A stretch of 64,000 bases of DNA from Octopus sinensis (taxonomy: Eukaryota): assembly GCF_006345805.1 (NCBI RefSeq), contig NC_042998.1, forward strand, positions 79,670,001-79,734,000. The letters are read 5' to 3'. The notes under the pieces are model-generated. The model ran no database searches. It saw only the letters and a program-made list of their open reading frames with translations, and was not told the DNA's origin. This document shows, piece after piece, positions 12,872 to 23,840 of this stretch (the first letter of the stretch is position 1; every line of letters starts with the position of its first letter). Position numbers and translations under genes: made by a program.

Positions 12872-13789
12872 ATTTGTGGTGTGAACTAACTGAACCACTT
12901 GGTGCTGGATTGATGGGGGATTTTTTCTTCTTTGTTCGTTCATGTTAGTGTTTTCTTCAGTTAATGATTTGTATTTTAATGTGGTTAGATCCTTTATGTT
13001 TTTGGCTTTCACTTTTTGAAATCTCGATTAACAAAAGTTATCATGCAGAAATTGAGCTTCCAAATCCTGTTTTCTGATTGAGTGAAAACAAACTTCAAAC
13101 CGCAGTAATATTTTTCTAAAATTGTTTCTGGAACAAGTGAGTAACAACTTCAGATTCAGCGTGAAAAAATTACATCAAGTTACCAAATTTGAAAATTTTC
13201 CCCAAATTTTAAAACTTCAAAAGATCCCAGAGATCCACAGAAAAGAAACCCTGTTTTGTAATTACTTAACAATTGAATGAAGTCTGTTATAAGTATTGAT
13301 CCTCTTTCGTCTATTCATTTCAACACATCCATAAATTACTAACTTGTTACAGCTCACATGCTACATTTTCACATATTACATCTTGTCTGTTACATAAGTT
13401 TGGATGCTTCTTACGTTTGAAATTGGATTTGGAATCAGATTCGGAGTAAACAGGGACACTATTTTGTTTTGTAAAGTAGGAATATAAATTGCAGAAAGCT
13501 TAGCTTGCATCTCTTGCTGACTACTGAGTAATAGATATACCCTACAGTGAAACAGAAATAAAATCTTTTTTCTCTAGGATTCGTTATCGTCGAGAACGAC
13601 TGCTAATGTATGGTGTACATAGAGTAAATGGGATTAGACTTATCTAGAATTGCTTCACAACCATTATAGCAACCAAACATCCTACTCTCGTTTTTCAGTC
13701 TTCCTTATGATAGGCAAATTTCTTTTTTCTTTCTTTCTTTTTTCTTTTTGCCTATCGAATATCAGTTTGATCACAGCAACGACTTACTT

Positions 13790-14125
13790 TTGTTTACAAT
13801 CAACAAAACCAAGAAGTTTTCTCTTGTTTTATATTGGCAAGTAACCATGTCAAGATAAACCCATTGTAATACCAATGTAATTTGTTCTGTATGTGACGAA
13901 GTTGGAGTTGTACCCATAATTATGTTGTATTATGTTGTAAACTCACGTCGAGTAGTCTTTCTAACTTGATTAGCATAATCGTTGAGAAATTCCTTTTCAT
14001 TATCATATAATGAAGAATGAGCTTGCATGCGAAGGCCTGGACAAAAACCAGGCCAGATGTGAAATGCAGGTTTCATTTCAAGTTGCTTAACTAGGTATTT
14101 AGTAATCAAAACTAAATACATGATT
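13790..14125 (-). mobile_element. hAT-superfamily transposase fragment
   Basis: Minus strand ...NEKEFLNDYANQVRK... then IMGTTPTSSHTEQITLVLQWV...RENFLVFVDC, resembling the hAT D(x)TPDxSHxEQ...ERFLxFVD block. Confidence 0.65.
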
Positions 14126-14243
14126 TAGGTATGGATTATGAATATGCGTGTGTGTGATTGTATTTGTGTGTGCGCGCGTGCCCCTGTGTGTGTGTTTGTG
14201 TGGTGCTTATAAACACCATGATGTACTTATAAGTAACAGAACA

Positions 14244-14961
14244 GGGATCTTTTCCTTTTGAACGGTACATGTCAACACAATTTCTAGTTAACTAAACACT
14301 TTAAAACTTCGTATGCTGGTAGAATGTGTCAAAATAAAACATTTTTTTCTCTTGGCTTTCTTGAGAAAATTGTAATTTGTTTGTTTAACGTAGTTTAATT
14401 TTTCGAATTTTAACCAATGAATCGCCTCTAGTGAGCTAAAATCATTTGCTGCGTCTAAAACTGAGACAACATCCTGTCACTAACCCTAACCCTCACCCTC
14501 ACCCTAACCCTAACCCTAAATTTTTTTTCTTAATTGTTACGCGTGTAAAAAAAACGAAAGCAATGGAGAATAATTTAAACAATTAACAAACAAAATAATT
14601 CTATAATTTTATACACACGCTATCCGTATACGTACGTTTTTTTTTTCTTAATTGTTATCCTTAAATTAATTTAACAATTAAGAAAAAAAAATTAGGGTTA
14701 GGGTGAGGGTGAGGGTTAGGGTTAGTGACAGGATGTTGTCTCAGTTTTAAACGCAGCAAATGACTTTAGCTCAATTAGAGGCAATTGATTGGTTAAAATT
14801 CGAAAAATTAAACTACGTTAAACAAACGAATTACAATTTTCTCAAGAAGCCAGAGAAAAAAAATGTTTTATTTTGACACATTCTACCAGTATACGAAGTT
14901 TTAAAGTGTTTAGTTAACTAGAAATTGTGTTGACATGTGCCGTTCAAAAGGAAAAGATCCC
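14244..14961. mobile_element. Foldback/MITE-like element with ~290-bp inverted arms containing telomeric repeats
   Basis: Arm 14244-14539 is the reverse complement of 14672-14961 with few mismatches. Ends are GGGATC...GATCCC. The direct repeat AGAACA flanks both sides (6-bp TSD). Confidence 0.9.
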
Positions 14962-15399
14962 AGAACAGACTTAAATAATTAGAACAAGTTTTTAAAAAAT
15001 TATTCGTTGACCAAAGTCCCCACCTCTCTTCCATGTATGTAGGCCATGCCAACTGGCTCCTCCGGTTACCTCTAGGCCTGCATACAAGATGCTTTCTTTT
15101 TAATTTGGCAAGCCTTAACTTTGTTCAAATGATTGTTCATAATAATATTGTAATGACCACTTTGTGCCATAATTTCCAAATTTTATTTCCATCTAGGACA
15201 TTGTCATTTTATAAGATTTTGCTGGCAAATTCTTAACTTGACATAAATATTTATTTACATGAAAAAAATGACCGGAGAACTTTTTTCTAATTCTTCTAAG
15301 TCTTTCTGCTAAAACTGTTTTGAAACCATTTGAGAGGAAGAAGTGGAGGGGGGAATCAGTAACCCAACACCAAGCGCTTCGGTTGGTCGCACACCACAA

Positions 15400-15660
15400 G
15401 GCAATGCACCGAAGCAAGGCAACACGCTCGCAGTATTACTACGGATGCTGGCGAGGCTAAGGCGTTGAAAAAGCCAAGCGCCCTCACGAGCATCACCTGA
15501 CACCTCGGTAAGGCGAGCTGCCAACGATGACAAGAACTTCGCGGTTAGTGGCCAAGTTCCTCCGAACGTCTCGAACGCCACAGGAAGAGATAATTCACTG
15601 TCAGGTCAACCAACAGTAAGGCCTTTATCTCCAAAAGTTAATCTTCACTCTCCAAGAAAG
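15400..15660 (-). mobile_element. 3' fragment of an RLE-type non-LTR retrotransposon (CRE-like)
   Basis: AFETFGGTW...FLSSLAARLTEVSGDAREGAWLFQRLSLASIRSNTASVL resembles the CRE C-terminus (ETxGxW...GDxR...QRISxAxQRGNAAS). Confidence 0.65.
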
Positions 15661-15680
15661 ATGATAAAATTCAATATATT

Positions 15681-16345
15681 AATAGTAGGCATCCGTCGGT
15701 CTCGAGAGACTATGAATCTGCGTCTGAAGAAATCGTATCAGTTGCTGATGGTGGTGCAGCGTCTGTCGTGGCTGTACAGACCCACACGGGAGTGGAAGTC
15801 ATGCATACAGCCATATAGCGACTGCATTTGAAGGAGCTCTCTGTTAGCGCTACTGACTTTTCCTTCTGTCGAGTGCGCTTTTCTTTGGTGGCGAGTTCCT
15901 ATTTTTCTTCCGTCTTCTTCGTCCCCTTTTGCAGTATTTGTCTCCAGTGTGGGCGATCATTTGCAGCCTCCTTCCATCTCAGGACGTCCAGATCAATCGA
16001 CTGCGTATCCTTCTTACAGACGTCCTTGAAACGAAGATGACGTCCTCGTGCTCTTGTACCGGTGGCCAATTCCCCATACAGATCTTTTCGGATCCTTCCA
16101 TCCGGCATGCTATGTAAATGATCGAGCCAGAGCAAAAGATATTGCTAGAGCAGGGTGAGTATACTGGATATCTTGGCTTTGTTTGAAGACTTCAGTGTTG
16201 GTGACGTGGTCGGTCTATTTGATATCCAAGATGCGTCTCTAATTACGAAGGTGAAAGACGTTGAGACGCCGCTCCTATCGGGAGTAGAGACACCACGTCT
16301 CACTGCCGTAAAGTAGTGTACTATGGACACACGCCTTATAGATAG
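15681..16345 (-). mobile_element. RTE-clade LINE, 3' part (host of the Gypsy insertion)
   Basis: Minus strand YKACVHSTLLYGSETW...DGRIRKDLYGEL...GRHLRFKDVCKKD. Degenerate. Its 3' end is near 15690. Confidence 0.88.
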
Positions 16346-16763
16346 TGTAACGTGAAAGGATCTATCATCGAAGCACTGGCAGGGTGTCGAGATCCTTTCT
16401 AGTCACATACAAAAATTCTTGTAGAAAACAAACAGACGAAACTCAGGTTAAAGGTGAACAGACAACTTGGTTTATTGATTCATGGTTGTACGTTGTCTGA
16501 TGGGGGAATAGACAGCCTCTGATGTATTGCTGGTGTTGGTCGTTGAGGTTGGTTGAAGTTGGTTGAAGCTGGTGTGTGGCTGTCAGAGCCAGGAAAACCG
16601 TGACCGATCGCAGTGCTGTCTTGAGCCGAAGAGAGAGATTTGAGGTTCGCGGGCTCGAGAGATGTTTTCCCGCACATGCGCATGGGGAAGACTTCCGGTG
16701 GCCACCCGGAAGTAGTCCCATTCTGCGCATGCGCGCCGAACCCTACACTGTAGCATCACTACA
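16346..16763 (-). repeat. 3' LTR (418 bp)
   Basis: Direct repeat of 21012-21428. AATAAA on the minus strand at 16471-16476. Preceded on the minus strand by the polypurine tract GGAGGGGAGCCC (16764-16775). Confidence 0.97.
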
Positions 16764-16888
16764 GGGCTCCCCTCCGAGTGCGAAGTACGGCAACCAGAAT
16801 ATTGTGGTGGTGCTGCAGAAAACAGAAGGCTTGCCGATCCCCCAGAAGACTTGGTACATACTATTATACAATAAGAAACATTTTAAAG

Positions 16889-19800
16889 TTAAATGTAAAT
16901 TGTTTTTGAAAGTTTCTTGGGCCAATGCACTGTTCTGCCCGATTTTGTAACATACGGTGTGCTCGGGGCACCCGTTGACGGCGAGGGTGGTGTTGTAGGA
17001 GCCGGTGAAGGTGTTTGTGCAGGTGAAGGCGTTTGTGCAGGTGAAGGCGTTTGTGCAGGTGAAGGCGTTTGTGCAGGTGAAGGCGTTTGTGCAGGTGAAA
17101 GTGTTGTTAAAGGTGCATAGGTGGGTGTGTCAAGGTTGTCATCAAAAGATGAAGACGTCTCAAAATGTGCCTTTTTTAAACGGTCCACGGAAACGGTCTC
17201 CGAACGACCATTTATCTCAATCGTGAAAACCTTTGGTGTGCGAGAAAGCACACGAAAAGGTCCTTTATAGGGAGAAACAAGTGGGCCCTTCACAGAATCG
17301 TCCCGAACAAAAACATGCGACCAGGTGTTCATATCCGGTGGAAGATGGGACGGTGGAGATTGCTTTCTGGGAAGCATGGGCGGAAGGTTTGAAAAATATT
17401 CCCGCAGTCTGGTGACATAGGTCGCCGGATCATGGGGCGGGGAAGTGTCTGGCACCAACATCGTACCGGGCAATGCCAGTGTGGTACCATACAGCAGCTC
17501 TGCAGCAGAAAACCCCAGGTCTGCCTTGACAGCAGTCCGACAGCCGAGAAGCACAATGGGCAGAAATTCGATCCAGGACTGTGGGTCCGAAGAGGCACGA
17601 AGAGCGGCCTTGAGCTGTCTATGGAACCGCTCAACCAATCCATTAGACGCTGGATGGTAGCTTGTGGTGTGGATATGGTGCATACCCAAAATTCGCGACA
17701 ATTCGCGAAATAGCGAGGCCTCAAACTGTCGTCCACGATCAGTTGTCAATCGGGACGGGACTCCGAAGCGAGAAATCCAGTTTGAAACGAAAGCTCGCGC
17801 AACAGTCTCAGCAGAAATGTCTGCTATCGGAATGGCTTCTGGCCAGCGGGAGAAACGATCGACACAAGTTAATAGATAAGAGAACCCGCGACTCACAGGC
17901 CATGGTCCAACCAGATCGATGTGGACATGGCGAAAACGGGCCTCCGTGGGGGGAATTGTCCAAGCGGGGCACGAACGTGCCGTTGAATCTTGGATCGTTG
18001 ACACTTGGAGCAGGTGCGTGTCCAACAAGTAATGTGCGACGCATATTCGGCCAGAAAAACCGAGCAGTGATTAGTTTGAGGGTGGCAGCGATGCCAGGAT
18101 GTGATAAGGAGTGCAGTGCTTCAAACACTGAGCGTTGATGGGTCTCAGGCACCAGTGGCCTGGGAGATCCAGTTGAAGTGTCACAAAGAATGGTGCCTTC
18201 GGCTGACGGAAGCGGAAGGTAGGAAAACTGGCAACAGGAGAACTTGGGAGAAGTTAAATCTAACGACGCCAAAGGTGGCTGCTCCTGCGATATGGCAGCT
18301 AAGTCGATAGCAGCAGGAGACGAAAGGGCGCAAACTGGAAGGCGAGAGAGAGCGTCAGCAGGAACGTTCTCTTTTCCAGGTATGTGTCGAATGTTGCTAG
18401 TAAATTGAGAGATAAAATCCAGGTGCCGAAAAGCACGGGGTGAGAGTTTGTCCGTTTTTGAAAACAGGGCAAACGTAAGGGGCTTGTGATCCGTATAGAT
18501 CACAAAATCTCGCCCTTCAAGTTGATGCTGGAAATGACGAACCGATAGATAGATCGCTAGGAGCTCACGATCAAAGGTGCTGTATCGTCGTTCAGCTGGT
18601 TGCAGTTGACGGGAAAAGAAGGCTAGAGGTCGAACATGGTCATCCACTGTGTGTTGTAACACAGCGCCAATCGCAGTGTCCGATGCGTCCACAGTCAAAG
18701 AGAGAGAAGCACCAGGAACTGGATGTGCAAGCAAAGAAACAGAAGCCAGCTCCTTCTTAATGGACTCAAAGGCTGTCACTGCCTCAACAGAGAGGGTGAC
18801 TTGACTGTCCTTTCTAGGAGGGTCCTTTAACAGCCTGGTGAGAGGTAGCAGCTTATCTGCACAACCGGGAATGAAGCGTCGGTAGAAATTGACCATCCCT
18901 AGATAATGCCTGAGCTGGCGCAAGGAAGTGGGGGGTGCGATGCGTTGAATGGCATCGACTTTTGACGAGAGGGGGCTGATTCCAGTCGAATCAATATGAT
19001 GCCCTAGAAAATCTAGGGAAGAGCGTCCGAAAACACACTTGTCGGGGTTTATGCGTATGCTATACGCGCGAAGACGCTGGAAGAGTTGAGAAAGGTGCCG
19101 GAGATGATTTTCTCGTGTGTCGCTCGCAATGAGTATGTCATCGACATAGGCAAACACAAAATCAAGACCGCGGACAACCTCATCAATGAAACGCTGGAAG
19201 GTGCTAGTAGCATTCCGCAAACCGAAACTCATATACAAAAACTCAAAACACCCAAACGGGGTAGTGATTGCAGTTTTTGGAACGTCGGCTGGGTTGACCG
19301 GTATTTGGTGGTAAGCGCGTATCAGATCGACCTTCGAAAAAATGGTACAACCATGGAGATTTGCTGTAAAGTCCCGGAGATTTCTAATCGGATAGCGATC
19401 GGCTATTGTGACGGCATTGAGGCGTCGATAGTCTCCAACCGGGCGAAAATCAGACTCGCCCTTTCGCGCCAAATGAAGGGGAGATGCCCATGGGCTGGTG
19501 GAGGGGCGTATAAGGCCAAGTTGAAGCATGTGCTCAAACTCGGCTCTGGCCGTTTTAAGTCGGTCTGGCGCTAGGCGCCGGGGGCGTGAGAATACAGGTG
19601 GCCCATTGGTGGTGATGAAATGGAGGGTCGAGTGGGTAGGATTTTCCGGTTTAAAGGCAATGTCCACTAGCTCCGGAAATGAAACCAAAAGAGAGTGAAA
19701 AGGGTCTCCAGAGGTGGCAACAAAGAATGTCGGGCTAAGGACCGCAGTGGTGGAACTCCCAGTCGGTGTAGAGAGCGACGTCGTGCTATCAAGAAGCCTC

Positions 19801-20183
19801 CGACGCCTGACATCCACCAATAGGTTAAACCTATCCAGGAAATCAGCGCCGAGAATAGGATGTGGGATATCAGCGATGACGAAAACCCATCGAAAATCTC
19901 GACGAAGGTTGAGGTTGAGGCGCAGCGAAACCTGACCGTAAGTGGTTATGGGAGACGAGTCAATAGCATGCAAGACAATCGAAGAGCGCTTGGGCTTGTC
20001 TGCAGCCAGACGAAGGGGCCAGATGCTGCAACAGGAACCGGTGTCTACCATGAAGAATGTCTTCGACACCAGATCTTTTACATAGAATGCACGATGTTTG
20101 GGAAACGAGATGGAAGAAGGTGACGTGCTCACCTCCTCCGGATTTAGTTTTCCGAGGGCTTGAAAGTGCACGGCTGGGTACAC
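16889..20183 (-). pseudogene. Gypsy pol (protease, RT, RNase H, integrase) with two apparent 1-bp deletions near 18035 and 17948-17953
   Basis: Protease FMVDTGS, RT YVDD, RNase H VDASD, integrase [22 protein letters not shown], and GPF motif. ORFs 17808-20183 and 16889-18028 join once two bases are restored. Confidence 0.93.
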
Positions 20184-20626
20184 CGATCTGCCCTTTTGGT
20201 AGAGCGACTACGACTGCGTTGTCGGCGCTCGATCGCACGGGATAGATCGTCGATTCGCCGCGTGAGCGCATCAATCCGCTCGGTTAGTGAAATTTGCGCA
20301 GGGCCCCCTATACATGCACAGAGGCCTCGCGATGGAGATGGATTCGGAAATTCCAGTATTCCATCGGCCGTCGTGGCAATCTGAATATTGCTCTCCCCCG
20401 AACGTGTGTTGCGGCGGAGGATTTCTGCTTTCACAGACGCGTATGTGGCATCCGGGTGGGGACTTATTATTAGATCCCTGATCGATGCGGCGAGTCGGGG
20501 ATGTAAGCCGGAATATAGCAGGTGCAACTGCTGCTGTGGAGAAATGGCATGTGCATCAAAATACCACTCCACTTGGGCAAACCACAGGCCCATATCCCCC
20601 GTAAATGAAGGCAAACCTGAAGCCAT
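20144..20626 (-). CDS. Gypsy gag, 160 aa, apparently internally deleted
   Basis: LPSFxGDxxLWFAQVE, IRDLI...P...Y..VK..ILRR, RSRSRS and terminal CTQPC...EN are typical of this gag group, but the ORF is much shorter than usual. Confidence 0.8.
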   Translation of the reverse strand: MASGLPSFTGDMGLWFAQVEWYFDAHAISPQQQLHLLYSGLHPRLAASIRDLIISPHPDATYASVKAEILRRNTRSGESNIQIATTADGILEFPNPSPSRGLCACIGGPAQISLTERIDALTRRIDDLSRAIERRQRSRSRSTKRADRCTQPCTFKPSEN

Positions 20627-20999
20627 GCCTTTGTCGGAAGGAATCTGTGAGAAGGGGGCAGAAGGTATGGTCTAGAAGTGGAGAGAGAACACGTGGAACC
20701 GAGAAGGCAATTCAAAATTGTGTTTGTGTGTGCACCTCGTGGGTAGCAAAAAAAGGAATAGGTGTGTACAAGGAAAACAAAATACAGAAAAGGAAAAAAA
20801 ATGAATGTGTGTGTGTTTTCTTTTTTCTTTGTTTTTTTTTTTTTTTTTGTACTGTGTGCGAAAAATAAGGCTATTTGACCCACCTCGCCGTGCTGAAAAG
20901 GAGAAAATAGGAAAATAAATGTGAATTTCCGCGCTCTTCGGCCCCAAAAAAAAAACCTGTTCGCTGTGTCTTTTTCTATCCTGTTCTTTTTCTCAACTA

Positions 21000-21009
21000 G
21001 GGGTCACCA
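21000..21009 (-). other. Primer-binding site, tRNA-Trp type
   Basis: TGGTGACCCC lies 2 nt after the 5' LTR and matches the first 10 nt of the tRNA-Trp PBS known from avian sarcoma/leukosis viruses (recalled, not searched). Confidence 0.7.
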
Positions 21010-21011
21010 AT

Positions 21012-21428
21012 TGTAACGTGAAAGGATCTATCATCGAAGCACTGGCAGGGTGTCGAGATCCTTTCTAGTCACATACAAAAATTCTTGTAGAAAACAAACA
21101 GACGAAACTCAGGTTAAAGGTGAACAGACAACTTGGTTTATTGATTCATGGTTGTACGTTGTCTGATGGGGGAATAGACAGCCTCTGATGTATGCTGGTG
21201 TTGGTCGTTGAGGTTGGTTGAAGTTGGTTGAAGCTGGTGTGTGGCTGTCAGAGCCAGGAAAACCGTGACCGATCGCAGTGCTGTCTTGAGCCGAAGAGAG
21301 AGATTTGAGGTTCGCGGGCTCGAGAGATGTTTTCCCGCACATGCGCATGGGGAAGACTTCCGGTGGCCACCCGGAAGTAGTCCCATTCTGCGCATGCGCG
21401 CCGAACCCTACACTGTAGCATCACTACA
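21012..21428 (-). repeat. 5' LTR (417 bp)
   Basis: Identical to 16346-16763 except for one 1-bp indel (gatgtatgc vs gatgtattgc). TGTA...TACA termini. Confidence 0.97.
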
Positions 21429-21745
21429 ATAGCAATGTTGGTGTTTGCCGCCAGTTTTTTTTTTTGAAACTTTCTTTGTGAGCCTGGCAAATATGGAGGA
21501 TGCTTGTCCGATTCACCTGTTGGTCTCAGGGACCAGGGGGAGGTCAACAGCAATAGTAGAGCCAAGATAGGTGAATTGATGGACTACTTCCAATTTGTAG
21601 TTGTTGATGTTGATAGTGTCGACACTTTGGCTCATTACTTGGGTCTTCTTCAGACTGATAGTTAGACTGAATTTCTGACAGGCCTTTGAGAGTTTGTCCA
21701 CGATGTGCTGCATTTGCTCTTCAGAGTGCGTTGTCAGTCGACCGC
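21429..21745 (-). mobile_element. RTE-clade LINE, upstream part (host of the Gypsy insertion)
   Basis: QHIVDKLSKACQKFSLTISLKKTQVM...VHQFTYLGSTI...RIGQASSIFARL...NIAI continues in frame into the left flank across the TSD. Confidence 0.88.
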
Positions 21746-22442
21746 GAACACCATTTCTCTTAAGAATATCTGGCGCACCCTGGATTTTGCTTTCAGTGTC
21801 GACAGACTAAACAAACAAAATCCAATATATGTTGCAAAACGTTTCTTTCAGGTATTTGTCTGGTCTCGAATCTGTGAAATCAAATGACCATCAACAGACG
21901 TTTTATGCGATTATCAAAAATTTTTCTAATTGACTTTAAAAAGAGTATGACAGTCACTACCCTCGAAGTCTGATAATTTTTCAATGGATTTCTGCCATTT
22001 TATATTTACTCTTGAAATAGAAAGAGCAGAATACCGATGGTGTAGAAGCTTACTCATTAGGCGATATGTGAGAAAGGAACCCATTTTTATATGCTCCAAA
22101 TCTAATCTAATCTGTCGTTTCAGAGGACTCCTGTCTCCTCCCTTGCATACTAGAGTCCGAAACTACTTTTCTTCCACCTTGCCAAATTTCTTTCAGTAAA
22201 CAATGTCGTGACTCAAGGAAAGGTAGTTTTTTGTGGATATTTTTAGGTAGCTGTTGATATCGTCAACACTTGTATGGCACAATCAACATTTTCTATCACA
22301 TGGATGTCTAGAGGCATCCGTATCTCTCCTGTTGATAGGTATTTATTAGCTTTCTCCGGACCGTAGTTGTCACAAAAAAAAAATGCACGTGGTATTTGTT
22401 TATGTTTCTGAAGAAAACCGTCGCTTTCCGTACAAATTTCTT

Positions 22443-22507
<65 letters not shown>

Positions 22508-22972
22508 TGTGTGTGTGTGTGGTGTGGGAGAAAGGGGATCTTTTGAAGATCGCGTAAAAGCGAAAGAGACAAAGAGAGCACGATTGGATCGGAAAAGTTC
22601 TTTTGAAGATGGCGTGCCGAGTGTGTGATTGATGGGGTGTGCGAGACAGAAAGTGTGGTGTGTATGTGAAGTTCTTTCATTAGTGTGTGTGAAGAGAGAG
22701 TGAGAGAGAGCAATGGTGCTGGTGTGTATGTATGTGTGTGTGTGTATGTGAGAGAGAGAGAGAGGTTATGTATGCATTTATGTGTATGTATGTATGTATA
22801 CATATATATATATATATTGATAGATAGATGTATGAATATGTGTGTGTATATATATATATATATATACATACACACATCTATATACGCATTATATATACAT
22901 CAATATATACATATACATATATACAGACATTTATATATGTATATATATATATATATATAGATGTATATGTAT

Positions 22973-23057
<85 letters not shown>

Positions 23058-23485
23058 TCCGACTTCCAGCCATCCACACGTCGTGACCATCTCCCACGTT
23101 CCTGCCTTTAGGCTTTCACTTCACACACGCCAGCTCAATTTGAATCGTTCTCAGTCGAAAGACGCCTGTTGTTATTTCTTGTTGTATTCGTAATTGTGTA
23201 CCACGTTCTCCGTTTTTTTTTGTTTGTTTGTTTATTTTTTGTCTTTGTTGCCATGCACAATTGCTAGCTTTCTTACAAAAGGGTCTTTGACATTTTTGGA
23301 GACAATCAGATCGAACCATCTTAAGTGTAACTGTCCGAAATGGTCATGACTTCTGGTACTTGACTGATGAAACAAGGCCAAGAATGACCCGTCTTTTTTT
23401 GCCTGTCTTTCCAATTGTTTCTCTTGTCCGCCTTTGTGTTGTCTATCTATCCGAACGTTTTAATGCCCTCTATTCCGTTTTTGTT

Positions 23486-23566
<81 letters not shown>

Positions 23567-23590
23567 AGTATGTATGTATACACATCTATG

Positions 23591-23630
<40 letters not shown>

Positions 23631-23840
23631 ACACACACATCCATCTATGTATGTATATACATATATATGTAGATCTTGTATATATTTATACATACATACA
23701 TACCCTATCTCTCTCTCTTATTATCTGTCAATCACTCACCACAAAAAGTGAATAAAAAAATTTCAGTTTCCTCTGTCTGTCTGTCTGTCTCTGTTTCTCT
23801 CTCCCAGACACACACAAACACACACACACACACACACACA

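Larger units (their letters stand above)
16346..21428 (-). mobile_element. Ty3/Gypsy LTR retrotransposon, full-length, very young
   Basis: Two direct LTRs with TG...CA ends, 4-bp TSD ATAG (16342-16345 and 21429-21432), PBS, PPT, and gag plus pol in PR-RT-RH-IN order on the minus strand. Confidence 0.98.

Noticed and set aside
14480-14725. Interstitial telomere as a chromosome-fusion scar
   Set aside because: The polarity is opposite to an end-to-end fusion, the arrays are short, and they sit inside TSD-flanked inverted arms of a mobile element.
19086-19574. 162-aa plus-strand ORF and other ORFs overlapping the Gypsy element
   Set aside because: Antisense or alternative-frame shadows of the GC-richer pol coding sequence, with no recognisable domain.
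22243-23755. Many ORF-track entries rich in YI/HT/CV/MYV (also 10704-11099, 24212-25382, 37383-38335, 57234-57880)
   Set aside because: These are translations of (TA)n, (CA)n, (TATG)n and (TATC)n microsatellites, which lack stops by construction.
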